Assembly (NCBI GenBank): GCA_004022145.1
Contig: RCNU01000008.1
Source: Paecilomyces variotii
Lineage: Eukaryota
Strand: one strand, 5' to 3'
Length of the DNA: 64,000 nt
Shown here: in pieces, positions 40,467 through 52,764 of the stretch
How positions within the stretch are numbered: position 1 is the stretch's first letter
Layout of the letters: each line of letters opens with the position of its first letter
The notes under the pieces: model-generated
What the model saw: only the letters and a program-made list of their open reading frames with translations
Database searches by the model: none
Told to the model about the DNA's origin: nothing
Program-made: the position numbers and the translations under genes

Positions 40467-43126
40467 TTAACTCCGCACACCCCCCTGATTCGAGGATCTG
40501 CCGTCATCATCACCCATCCGCGAGACGAACCACTCCAGGACGCTCTCGTAGCAAAGTACGAATTGGCTCAGATTCTGGACCATACTTGGTCTCTGAGTGC
40601 GGAAATCCTCCACTGTTTTGGCGACTAGATCGACATCGTCGCCATAGATCCATCGGTTGCCGCCCGGGGTCGGCTGCTCCGCTCCACCAGGGGCTCGGCT
40701 TTCGGCTTGCTGGCGCTTCAGCATGTCCAATACACTGTCGACAGTACAGAAAGTTCCTGTCCGTCCACACCCGGCACTGCAATGCACCAGCACAGGGCGG
40801 CGGCCAGCCGGCTCTGCGTCCTGTGGGCCAGTATTGTTACTAATCGATCGTGCGATCTTGTTGCATTTCTCGACCAGTTTCAGGAGATGGGCCGGTTGGG
40901 ATGTGGTCCCAAAGTCCGGCCAGTACGGGTACTGCAGCTGCGTGATCTCTCGGAGCGGCTGGAAAGGGAAAGCAGAATGCCAGAGCGTAAAGTGCCGCAC
41001 AATGATATAAGGATCCTTTCCAGCAGACTCAGGGGCTTCTACCGCCCTTGTGCTCTGGCCACAACTGAGATAATCGGTGGTCTTCCGATCGTCGAGAGTA
41101 GGGGTCACATATGACGCATCCGGTTCCAGACTGTCCGAGTCGATCGATATACGCTTTTCAGCAAGAGTCTTGAGTTTTAGAGGCCCATAGTCCCCAGAAT
41201 GCCAGTAAGGGTGGCACTTGACATGTCCTCTTTCGATTTCTGCCGTCAGAGCGACGATGACCCTGACATCCTGCTCCCAGACTACACGCCAGAAATCCTG
41301 CCATTCTGTCAGGAATTGCCCAAACTGAACCTGGAGGGGGGGAGAGAGAGAGAGAGCCAGATACGTACATTAAACGTGTCCGGTACTGGAGCCTGTGTGG
41401 CAATGTAACTCTTATTAGTATACTCCGCCTTGACGTGATTGGCGTTCACGTAGTCACATCCTCCCGACGGGACATTTTGTAACCGGACTCTCGAATGATC
41501 GAACGGATAGATATCGTTGTATCTGTTCTTCGACCCCTTCTCTATCCCAGCGACTCGGAAGCCTCCCGTGGGTAATTCGGGCCCGGGCCCATATGAGACC
41601 TTGGAAGAAAGAGCCTCGCGCATGCGATACAGCTCCCTCTTTTCAATGTCCAAGAATCTCTCGGAGACGGCGTGTCCGCGATCTCTGACGTCCGACGCAT
41701 CACGAAGCCAGGATGGCAGCTGGTTCTTCTTTTCCTCGGTTAAACCATCCGGAAGCTTGACAGCCATCTGGCCCACACCGCCCACGAGATCCATGTTCTG
41801 ACGAATGTTCCCGAAGAACGGGTTGGCCGCCGAGGACGATTCGGGCAGAGCGCAGCCGCCAACGACGGGCGCTATAGAAGGAAGATTGAGGTTCATCGCG
41901 AACGGTTTCTCAGTCACCTTACCTGGGGTGGCTTTTTTCTGCTGACCTTCAACCCGATCCGGGAATCGACTGGAGAAGGCAGCAAATCCGCCGCACAGAA
42001 TCAGAGTTTCGCCAGCCCATCCATCAGCGCTGAATTTTCTCAGAACGTTCAATAGTTGACTCGCGTCCTGCATCTTGGATGTGTTGGCGTCGTACACGAC
42101 AATGCGAGAGCACTCCTTCCATCTCGAGAATTTCTGTTTGTGCTCTTGGTCGGTGAAGGTGTCCTCGAGTTTGCTGGTGTTGAACGAGGGTCGTTTGAGA
42201 AGAGTGGTAGGAATACACAGGCTGAGGGCCCCCCGGACATGTCCCTGTGCAAAGTGAGGAAAGGGTCGCACATCGAGCACCAATGTGTCATCGGGCTGAG
42301 ACATGATCTCCGCGAATTTGTCCAGCGGGATAAGGCGAGCGTTGCCATGTTCGAAAGAGGCCGGTAGCGTTTCCGCGCGTTTCGTGACGCGGAACCCAGA
42401 CTCGGAGATCGAGCGTCCAATGCTGGATGGGTCCAGGGAATCTGAGCGATTCTGAGTGCCCTGCGGCATCTGTGGTGAAGCAAAGCGGGCAACGGATGGC
42501 TGGAAAGTCGTGGGTGGCGGGTTCATGCTCCCCAGTCGAAAGAAACCAGGGCCGGAGCCCGTGGACTGTGCAGGGACATTTCCCGCTGGTTTCGAGTCGG
42601 CAGATTGCTGGGTGTTGCTGTTGCTGCTGTTGCTAGATGCCTCCCCAAGCAATGGAGCATTCTGAGCTGATCCAAAGTAATCGTTTCCATGGTGGGATCC
42701 TGAGAAGGCAGGTCCTGCTTCATCTCCGGCACCTCGTCCATGCAGCGGCTTGAGGTCGAACTTGGTGGCACCGAGATAGTCTCCCAAGGCCAGATTGGAG
42801 GCAGGCATCTGGAGCCGCGGAGCCGGGGTCGACGAAGGTTGCAGGAAGGCTTCCCAGTTTCTCTTGGTATAGGGGCCCGGATTTGAATCGGGTGGATTGC
42901 TGCTATTTTCGACTTCAATACAGAAATAGTTGGGACTCGGGGTCCTCCCCGGGGCTTGTTGCGTCGAGCAAATCCCCGTATTCAGGAAGGGCGACGGGAA
43001 GGGCACGCCCGTCCCTGGCGTCCGCACTGGCAGGCCTCCGGGCGTTGTCGAGACAGGATGCACTTGGGGTCCTGGACTCCAGGGCGACGAGGGAGACAGT
43101 CGGGACGTTGCAGTCACTGATGACAT
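40467..43126 (-). CDS. Protein tyrosine phosphatase with rhodanese domain (Pyp1/Ptp2/Ptp3-like MAPK phosphatase)
   Basis: VLDVRPF..GHVRGAL rhodanese; KNRYNDIYPF, DYVNAN, YIATQAP, WPDFG, VHCSAGCGRTG, QRPSMVQ. Intron 41368-41298. Confidence 0.93.
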
Positions 43127-43703
43127 GGTTGTGTGCGTGTGGTTCTTCTTATTCTTTTCAGACAAGACAAGACGGCGCCGGGGTGCGCTCTGTCGTCTAT
43201 CGTCTAACCTCCGCGATGAGATAGGAAACGAACGAACAGGCCATTTTGGACTTTCCGCACAGATCAAGAAGGTACCGTCGTAGTCGTTGGCGGCAATGTT
43301 CTCTCGTTGGAGTTTCGAGACCGTCGAGACAGTTTCGGGCTTTATCGTGCTACCAGTGTCGAGACAGTGAATGCAGAGAATGAGGACTAGAAGAAAGCCG
43401 TTACTGGATCGCCTATGGTCCCCGGGGTTGCACGTCAGCAGGGCCAGTCGGGAGGCAGACAACCAGGCTCAGCGTTCAAAGCGGAAACGAAAGAGGGCGC
43501 GGACCCAGGAGTCGGGGAGAGGGAGAGAGATGGAGGCGAGAAGAGGGATGGGGATGGGCGATGAGTCGCCAGATCTGGGCGGGAACGCAGACGGTTTCCG
43601 GGGTTCTGCGATCAGGCAGTTGTGGGGACCGAACAGAGGAAGTCAGTGGTAGTCAGGCAGTGTATTATTATATTATGTATGGTATAAGCAATGAGTACCA
43701 TAA

Positions 43704-44023
43704 GTTGGTTGGTTGGTTGGTTGGTTAGTTAGTTAATTAATAATAATATTATTAGTTAGTTATGGTACTGAATACTCTCTCTCTCTCTCTCTCTCTCTCT
43801 TCTTGAAGGGCGGGAAGAGCGAGAGCGACAAAAGGGCCAAAAGCCAGTGGAGCACATTGATATCACCGATCCACCGCCAGATGACGTGATGGCCGCTCCT
43901 TAGCCTCACCAGATGCGCAAGATGGCCGATTTTTTTTGTGGGCATCCGACTGTTCTGGAGCGCGCGGGAAAAAAAGGGTTAAAAAAAAAGAGGGCAAAAA
44001 AAGAAGAAGAAGAAGAAGAAGAA
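43704..44023. repeat. Microsatellite cluster: (GTTG)5(GTTA)3 at 43704-43735, (CT)13 at 43775-43800, (GAA)7 at 44003-44023
   Basis: Read directly in the long intergenic region upstream of the phosphatase gene. Confidence 0.9.
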
Positions 44024-45912
44024 CAGGGTGAAAAGGAGCGGTGCGTGCTCACTGCTGATTGTCCCCCCGTGCCGCGGATTGTTATTCTAACTTCTGGAAC
44101 AACGGCCAGCGCCCCAGGAACGGCAAGAGTGGCGATTCATGGCGATTATTATTATTTTATTATTAACTAAGTATCTATCTAGTAACTATCTAGTACCATA
44201 AGGTAAGGTATGCTCTCATCAGCATCAGATCAGCTTTCCCCCCCACTGCCCTGCCCTGCTTTGCCTCTGCTCTCCTCTGCTCTGCTCAGCTCAGCAGTTC
44301 AATAATGGGGGAAGTGAGGGGAGTGACGAGAATGAAGGATTCGCCTTTACTCATTATTATTCTACCAGTAGAAAAATAAGAAGCAAGACGGCTGATGAAG
44401 ATCAGTCGCGGGTCTGGGTCTGGTCTGGACTCTGACTATGCGCATGCATGATTTCATCTCTGGTACTCTACTGCCCGTAGTTGAACTCGTCCTCATTCTC
44501 TCTACTACTAGCGATGGATCTGGTCTGGTAGTCGGTCGGAACCGCATTGTGGGGCCCTTTTTTGGGTTCTTTTTTTTTCCCTGACCGCACGCACTGACAT
44601 ACAAGTATGGTATGTGCATATGGTACATAGCGAGATAACCATAGCGAAGTACTCCGTAGAGCAGTAACGAAACAGTTATTATTATTATTGTTGTTGTTTT
44701 CGGGTTTTCCAGTCTAATTATTGATTATCAGTCCACTTCGGTTTGTTCTAACTAGAGTACGACACACCCGTCATTCGAACCCTGCCGTAGGGCCTCAAGC
44801 CACGAGGAATGATGCTCTCTCTCTCTCCTGGGACTCGAGAATCGTGCAACGACGTTTCACGGGGACTGCATCAAGGTGACGCTTCTGTTGGAGCTCCTGA
44901 TAAGACAATGACCAGGGTGGGGATCCAGCCACCGACCAGAATCAGAAACAAAAGTGATCAAATGTTGCAGATCTCTGTCGAATGCAAGAAAGACGGTAAT
45001 TAACTCTCATGCAATGGGTATTATCGTTACATTATTATTATTGTCCCGCCCGCACCAGGCTACCTACCAATCCATACTCTAGAGTCTAGAGTATGCGTCC
45101 ACGTGCCACTACTACTAACTAACCCCAGCACCGTCTCACTGCCATATTTAATATCATTCTACAGCACTCGTGTATATACCCAGACTCAACGGACGGGAGG
45201 CATCATCTGATAACAATGGCACCAGGTTGTACTTGTACATGTACAATCCACACGCTCATCGACTCGAACAGAGACCGAGGTGCGGCAAATGGAAGTCTGG
45301 CATACAGGGACTGATTGGTGATCCCGGATGCCCGGGATCACCGCCCTAAAACCGCTGACACATAATAATAACAAGAACGGGTCCTAAATATAGATACAAC
45401 GTATGCTCTTGCTATTATATGGTATAATCTGCGCAAACTGCTGGCAGCGCGATGAGCAGAGGTTGTGGTTGCTATACCGTTGGGGTGAGCGGAGAGTATA
45501 ATATCATCCTGGAGAGTGCACTGGCTGACGAACAGGCCTTCGCGCCCATGTCATCAAAAATCTCCCGTATGTGTATGTAGTATGTCCAAGAGGCGAACGA
45601 GACTACCGGAACCAGCTCGGCTTCCTCGGTGACTCTCAGGCGCTCACCTAAGCTTCAGATGGAAAGCTCAGGCTGACTGCCAATGGACCGATCCAATAAA
45701 CGGTGTCACCTTCAATGCGACGCCGAAATTATCCTCTCCACGTTGGCACAGGGAGTCCTTCCGATGCAGTCTTTCGCAACGGTCTGCGCAACGCGGGAAT
45801 AGCTTCGTTTTCGAAGGACTCGCCAACTAATCGACCTAGTATAACGATCGTGCAACGGAGCCATCATTTCCTCACAAAACGGAGGCGAGGGAAAATCAAG
45901 CCTAGTTTCCGT

Positions 45913-46397
45913 TTATAGTCTTCCATCCGGCTCGCCCTTGAATCTCTGAACGCGTTTCTGTTCCCAATCATCCAGGTCTTTGGCCATCAGTCTCTGTGGT
46001 GGGATAATCATGTCAGCGCACCGGCCTCCCTCTCAATGGACATGTAGGCCCGAAAGCGGCAGCATCTTACATAGTACTCTTCTCTTTCACTGCCAACAAC
46101 TCTCCTCCGCGGGTTCCGCTTAATTCCTTCTGCTTCGCCGTCCGGGCCCTTCAATCCGAGCTCCATGGCTTCCTCCTGGCTGAGTTGCTGGACTTTACGG
46201 TCGTATCGCTCATATCTCAGTGCAGTCGCCGGCGTGAGAGCAAATGAGGCTGCTACCATAACCGAAATAAATGGCAGGCCGAAAAGGACGAATGGGTGTT
46301 TGGGTAATTTCGACCGGTAAAGGGCACCGAGGCGTTCGCCTAGAGAAGACGACGCCGTGGTCGTACGACGGAACCTTTTAGACTGGAAAGCCGGCAT
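45913..46397 (-). CDS. COX16: Cytochrome c oxidase assembly protein Cox16
   Basis: KHPFVLFGLPF..SFALT..RYERYD; intron 46070-45994; second exon RLMAKDLDDWEQKRVQR. Confidence 0.92.
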
Positions 46398-46947
46398 TGT
46401 TGGCTCGGAACCTCAAAAGGCTGCCTCGTAGGACCGTGGGATATCCGTGTATATCGAACTCTCAGAAGTTAATTGAATGCTCTGCTGGTGCGGACAATGA
46501 AATGCGCGGAACCAGTCAGACTCAAAAGATATAACTAAAGAGTACTTACGGGTAACTAAGTAGCTCGGAACATTGTTCATCCGTCAACACAGCAAACAAT
46601 CATGCTGGATCGGTTTCCCAAGCTTTAAACATAAGAACGAATTGCCTGCTAGGGATGTCTGCAAGCTGGTAGAAGATCAGCTTCGACTGTCTTTAAGCGG
46701 ACGATCAGATCAGAGGTGAGCGATTTCTCGTGGCCTTTCAGCTATCCTGCGAGTCTAAGTTGACTTTTTTTCCCTGCCTTTTAATCAGGATCCACGTAGC
46801 TATCCTACGCTTCTCTGGAATCCTCATACGCATTGCGGTCAGCGCATCCAGGCTCAATAGCGCGATATATTCGCAAGCGCTTCGCGGCCGCAAGCTCATC
46901 TTCAATCTTCTGGCTACTAACGCGCAACCGTACGTGCCTAGTCGACA

Positions 46948-49900
46948 ATGTCTTCTCTATTTGGAGGCGCGGGCCTTGGTGCCTCGACAACACAACAGTC
47001 CGCCAGCATTTTCTCTCCGAACAATTCGACAAGTGCCTTCAACAAACCAGCGGCAGCTGGGGGTCAGCCTACGTCCGGTTTCTCTACCTTTGGGGCTCAG
47101 CCACAGCAACAGCAGGCAGGACAGTCGTCGCTGTTCGGACAAAGTCAACAACAGGGCGCCGGTGGACTTTCTGCTTCCACCCAACCAACACAACCTGCTT
47201 TTTTCAACAGCCTTCTAGAGCGGGGAAAGAAACGCCCTTTGTCGACGAACGTACAACATGACGGTCTTGGAGAGATCCCAAGTCTGCAGTTGGGACTTGA
47301 CGATATTCGGAGAAAGGCCAGGCAGTTAGGCTCTGGTGGAGTGGGAGGCGACCAGCAAAAGGGTGCCGATACTAAGGCGTGAGTAGATATTTTCGTCTGC
47401 TGTTCTGAATGCGACGCATCCTAGACGCTAATTTATGTCCTAGTCACTTTCTGCTTGCAGCCTCTGGCATCTCTCCTGGGCGTGCCATGCGCGATCTCAA
47501 ATCTCTAGACACCCAGGCAGCTGCATCAAGCCCGTTTAAGCAGCCAGATGTGTTCGACCCGGACAACGAGAAATTCCTGAGAGGAATCCAGCAGCGAGGC
47601 CGGCAGGCCATGATCACGGAGAGTCTAGCTCGTGTGCACCGTGACTTCGATGCGTTCTTGGAGGAAAAGGTCACTTTGAACTGGGATGAACAGCGCCGGA
47701 AGGTGTTTGAACACTTCGGGCTTGCTCAGAAGGGTGACGTGCATGCCGATAGCTTTGCTGCCACGACGAAAGGTTCTTTTGGCCGCTCTCTGAAACAGTC
47801 CAAGCAACCAGGTACTCCTGCCCGTGAAACACTCGGAGCTAGCAGGAGAAGCGTCTTTGGTCGATCGGGGTTGGACAAATCTGTCATCGGCTCGCCGGGC
47901 AGTGGACTGGGTAGGTCTCAATTATTTGGCGACCAAGGAGAGCGCAGCGAACTCTTGGGTGTCCAATCACCGGACACTAGCTTCTTGCGAGAGAAGATGG
48001 GATACTTTGCAGACAAGGTGCAGCGGTTGAATTCTGCTCGACTCCAGCAGAGGACTTTCCCCATCCTCCACGAGTTTGCGCAGGTTGAGGAGCATGCAGG
48101 TGGCGACGTAGGTCTCTGTTGAAAACCTCAAGCAAGCATTCAACTGACTTTTTCAGGTTCCTCGTCAGCTATGTGACGCATACCGTGCTCTGATAGCGAT
48201 TACCAAGGAGGACCCGAGCATCGATAATCCTTCAGACCCCGGAGCCATCAGAGAACGACAATTCTCTGAAGATTATCTAAACGAAAGCGCAAATTCTCGG
48301 GGAGCGACAAACCTTAGACGTAGGATCATTGAGGGATCAAGGACTTTCCTGGAGAAACTGTTTTACAGCGAAATTGAGAATATGATCGCAAAGAACCCCC
48401 GCGAAGCCCAACTGGGGGGTGTGCCGACAATCATCAGCAAGATCCGAGCGTATATTCGACTTCGCGCTGCGAGAAAGGACTTGGCCCCCGATGGCACTGA
48501 GCTGCAAATGGTCGGCCAAGACTACTGCTGGATCCTCATCTTCTACCTGCTGCGTTGCGGTTTCATCCACGAAGCGGCGGAATATGTTAGCCAGGACCCT
48601 GGATTCAGATCTCTGGACCACAAGTTTGTCACGTACATGACAACCTATGCGCAGAATCGACGGTTACCGCGAGATCTCCAGCAGAAGATAAACGGAGAGT
48701 ACCAGCAGAGGGCCCGCAACGCGCCAGAGAACACAGTCGACCCTTACAGGATGGCCTGTTACAAGATCATTGGACGCTGTGATCTCGGTCGCAGAAGGCT
48801 GGACGGCATCGTGCAAGGCGTAGAAGACTGGATGTGGTTGCAATTCTGCCTTGCTCGAGAAGATGACCGTGCTGAGGAGACTGCAGGCGATGTCTTCGGA
48901 TTGGAGGACATCCAGACGGATATCACAGAGATTGGCCAGCGCGTCTTCACCAAGGGACAGGAGGGACCTGGCGGCTATGGTACCTTCTTCCTTTTACAGA
49001 TCCTAGGCGGGATGTTCGAGCAGGCTGTTTCATATCTCGGTTCATATGCCCCAGTCAGTGCGGTCCATTTCGCCATTGCCTTGAACTACTACGGGCTTCT
49101 GCGCGTGTCGGACTTTTACACTTCTGGCGAAGAACTCTGTAGGTTTAAAAAAAAAAGAACCCTACTACTTGTCGGTTCCTTGCTAATATTGATAAACAGT
49201 GTCCTTCTCCACCAAGCAATTCCCACAAATCAATTTCGGTTACCTCATTACCCAGTACACGCGGGAGTTCCGTACTGGCTACGTCGAGGCAGCCGTCGAC
49301 TATTTCACTCTTATCTGCTTGAGCTCTGACCTCCCAGGTGCTCTTGGAAAGTCGCAGGCCTCGGTCTGCCACGAGGCTCTGAGAGAGTTCATCTTGGAGA
49401 CAAGAGATTTCGCGAAACTATTAGGAGACGTTCGTGCGGATGGCACTCGAATTAAGGGTGCCATCGAGCAGCGCCTGGACCTCATTAGATTGGAGGACCA
49501 GGATACATTCCTGAAAACCATCACTGTCCAGGCTGCCGCTGTAGCAGATGATAAGGGCTTGATAACTGACGCTGTGCTGCTGTATCATCTTGCTGAGGAG
49601 CATGACAAGGTCATCGAGATTATTAACAGAGCACTATCTGATGCGGTCGCTATAGAGCTCGGCGGATCAGCCATGAGGTTGCAACCCTTGAAGCCAAGAA
49701 CCACCAATGACAGTCAACCAGAACCTTCTGAGCCTGGAAGCAGTCTGAGTCTCACAACAGTGGACGATCCGGTGGTCCTCGCCAGGAACATGATTGGCCT
49801 GTACAACTCCAATGCTCTGTATTACCAGCGCATCCGCCAGATCAACCGTGACGCCTGTGGGGTGTTGCTTCGCATGATGGAGGCCAAGATGGAAGTGGAA

Positions 49901-50313
49901 GCCGGAAAATGGACGACAGCTCTCGATGTAAGATCCCCTCTCTCTCCATTCTCTGCTCTTTTCGAGACTGACAAAAACATTCGCAGACCATCAACGACTT
50001 GCACATTCTTCCGTTACGCGCTCGCGGTTCCGTCCAGTACATTCGAAGTGCCGCCCAGGCTTTCCCATCCTTCCCCGCTGTTATTTCCCGTAATGTCGGC
50101 CACTTGATCATGTGGAGTATTACATGCATTGGCCATGAGCGTGAGAGGCTGGAATCTGGCGCCTACGAGAACGAGATCAGGAAGAGCTTGGCAGATGAAC
50201 TGCTGGTAATGGCTAAGGATCTGATGGTGTTTTCGGGCATGATCAAATATAAGCTGCCACCGAGGGTATATGAGACTCTCGCACGGGCTGGCGGAGACAT
50301 TGGAGCATATTAA
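46948..50313 (+). CDS. NIC96: Nuclear pore inner-ring nucleoporin Nic96/Nup93
   Basis: N-terminal FG-like repeats, PSLQLGLDDI, WILIFYLLRCG, DPYRMACYKIIGRCD, EDWMWLQ, AVHFAIALNYYGLL. Four introns. Confidence 0.95.
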
Positions 50314-50817
50314 TGTGGCACGGTTTATAGCCCAGGCGTTGGATGATTATCTATGTAGTCATTTTTCGAAGAATCAATACTACGGCACTGCACAGCTCTG
50401 TGCCTCAATTCAGGACAGTCCGTGCTATCTTAAACCAAGCGTCACATTTGCCCCTATCTGTTTTGTAGAGTTCTTTGATTATATTTACTATATTTATGGA
50501 TATCTTGTATGTTTACAGCAACCCCGGAAAGCCCAATTCGTCAAACCAAACCGAGGAACGGGAGGCGGTGTACTTAGCTAAGCCTCCGTCCATCTCGGCA
50601 TCCCACCCAACTAGTTATTCTCCAGCTGGCAAGACGAGATTCTCCGCTGAGAGGTACTTTCAACAATGTAAGTTCAACAAGAGAGAAATAAAAAAGAGGC
50701 TCCGTGAGTTTACAATTATTAGGTGCGACCATGTATAAGCCATTCTTTGCAAGATAGCGACTTTCACGAGTAATCTTCCGAGGCCGCAGCCGCGTACATG
50801 CCGTCTGCGCAGTCGCG

Positions 50818-52743
50818 ATGGACCAACCCTTGCCCGAAGGGAACCCCGTCTCAGTATCCAGGTCTGGTCCGTCGAGTCCAGATGCAGGCGCAGACACAAA
50901 TGCACATCAGAATGGAACGATAGCGGCACCCACACGTGGTTCGGGACCAGCCTCCGATGCGGACGTCGATGTTGATAGCGACTCTGCGCACCACGATATC
51001 ATGCAGCTCGACGAAGACAATGAGGTTTCAAAATCTACCGAACCTGCAAATGCTGAGGCTCAACAAGAGACCAGACCTGAACAAGAATCGCAGAACGGCG
51101 CATCTCTGCAAGACGATCGCCGTGAGTCGCAGACTCAGGTCGAGATAGCCGCTCGAAACGGGCCGGCGAATTATAGCCTCTTCGACAACCCGCCAAACAT
51201 CGCACGGATAAGACAAGTGTTATTTGAATGCAAAGACCCGATCGAAATCAGTTTCGAGGAGTTTGAGACGTACTGGCCGTTTATCGATAATGTCTGGGTC
51301 AAGCAGAGATCGAACTCAAGCAAAGAGGGACACTGTACGACGGACTATTATATGTGTCGCCTGCGCCGTCCAACATGCCGCACGTCTCAGGCTCGACCTT
51401 TACAGGAGGGTAAGCGGTCCAGGAAGAAAACTATACGGGAAGGTGGAGTCTGCAATTTTCAAATCAAGGTCGTTCGGTTCGAAGGGGCATATTCGACAGT
51501 GACCATTGCGAGAACACCTGGGAGCAGTCGAGTCCATTCTCACGATCTTGATTACATCGATAAGGTGAAACGGAATTCAGGGCTCATGGAGTTTGCGCGA
51601 AGGGAGGCTGTCAAGGGCTATCTGCCGTCGTCGATTTTTACCAAATTCCAAGAAGAGCCACAGAAGCTCCTTGAAGTTGGAGGTAAATTCTTGACCGTCA
51701 CTGACGTGCGCAATGTTTCTTCCAAGTGGCGGATCCAGAATCCAGAGATCAAACTGGTACCCCATCACGGCTATGAATACCAGCAGGGACATGGTATCGT
51801 AAGAGTAAATGGGACCAGCAATCAAGATGAGACACTACATCAAGAAATAGTCGAGCAGAACCGGAAACCGCCGCTGCCTCCAGATACTCTACCTGCCCCC
51901 CAGTTTCCTCTAGACTTCCTAGAGCCCTACTTGCCAAATCACGATGAGAGGCGTCGACTCCCTCATGTCACTCTATCATATGCATCATCCATGGATTCGA
52001 AGGTTTCGCTCATGCCGGGGATGCAGACCGTGTTATCGGGGCCGGAAGCAAAGCTCTTGACACATTATCTTCGGTCTCGTCATGACGCCATTTTGGTCGG
52101 CGTCGGGACCGTGCTTGCCGATAATCCTGGATTGAACTGCCGGCTCGAGGGTGCAGGTGGTTTCGGTGGTCTTGGAAGAATGTGGCAGCCCCGGCCAGTC
52201 GTCGTTGACCCTACTGGCAGATGGGATGTCCATCCTGAGTGCAGGATGCTCCGAACAGCGGTGGAAGGCAAGGGGAAAGCGCCCTGGATAGTTGTCTCTC
52301 CCGGGGCCCAGATTCACCCGCAGAAACTGATGATGCTTAAGGGATACGGTGGAGACTACCTACGGATCGTGGAATATAATCAGGGCTGGCGACTACGTTG
52401 GGAGGCTGTTCTACGTGCGCTGGCTGCAGAAGGAATACAGAGTGTCATGATTGAAGGAGGTGGAACCGTCTTGAGCGAGCTCCTAAACCCCGAATATTCT
52501 GATTTCATAGACTCGATTATCGTTACTGTTGCACCGACCTATCTTGGGAGGGGTGGAGTGAACGTGAGTCCGGACTCCAAACAGGACGACGATGGAAAAC
52601 CAAAAGCTGCATTGAGTCCAAGAGATGTTACCTGGACCCCGATGGGGCAGAATGTCATCATGTGTGGGAAAATCAGAGTCCCTCCTCCGTCTGATGCGCC
52701 TATTTCGTCTGGTATAGAACGTGTTTCTCGCGAAGGGTCCTGA
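50818..52743 (+). CDS. RIB7: RIB7-type pyrimidine-nucleotide reductase (RibD C-terminal domain) with a ~380-aa N-terminal extension containing a putative zinc-ribbon DNA-binding domain
   Basis: FLEPYLP..PHVTLSYASSMDSKVS, THYLRSRHDAILVGVGTVLADNPGLNCR, QPRPVVVDP, GIQSVMIEGGG. Single 641-aa intronless ORF. Confidence 0.88.
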   Translation: MDQPLPEGNPVSVSRSGPSSPDAGADTNAHQNGTIAAPTRGSGPASDADVDVDSDSAHHDIMQLDEDNEVSKSTEPANAEAQQETRPEQESQNGASLQDDRRESQTQVEIAARNGPANYSLFDNPPNIARIRQVLFECKDPIEISFEEFETYWPFIDNVWVKQRSNSSKEGHCTTDYYMCRLRRPTCRTSQARPLQEGKRSRKKTIREGGVCNFQIKVVRFEGAYSTVTIARTPGSSRVHSHDLDYIDKVKRNSGLMEFARREAVKGYLPSSIFTKFQEEPQKLLEVGGKFLTVTDVRNVSSKWRIQNPEIKLVPHHGYEYQQGHGIVRVNGTSNQDETLHQEIVEQNRKPPLPPDTLPAPQFPLDFLEPYLPNHDERRRLPHVTLSYASSMDSKVSLMPGMQTVLSGPEAKLLTHYLRSRHDAILVGVGTVLADNPGLNCRLEGAGGFGGLGRMWQPRPVVVDPTGRWDVHPECRMLRTAVEGKGKAPWIVVSPGAQIHPQKLMMLKGYGGDYLRIVEYNQGWRLRWEAVLRALAAEGIQSVMIEGGGTVLSELLNPEYSDFIDSIIVTVAPTYLGRGGVNVSPDSKQDDDGKPKAALSPRDVTWTPMGQNVIMCGKIRVPPPSDAPISSGIERVSREGS

Positions 52744-52764
52744 GCAGAATTGCGGCATTTTCAT

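Noticed and set aside
44761-44800. Reverse-strand GGTTCGAAT B-box-like sequence
   Set aside because: No tRNA fold or SINE-like context visible.
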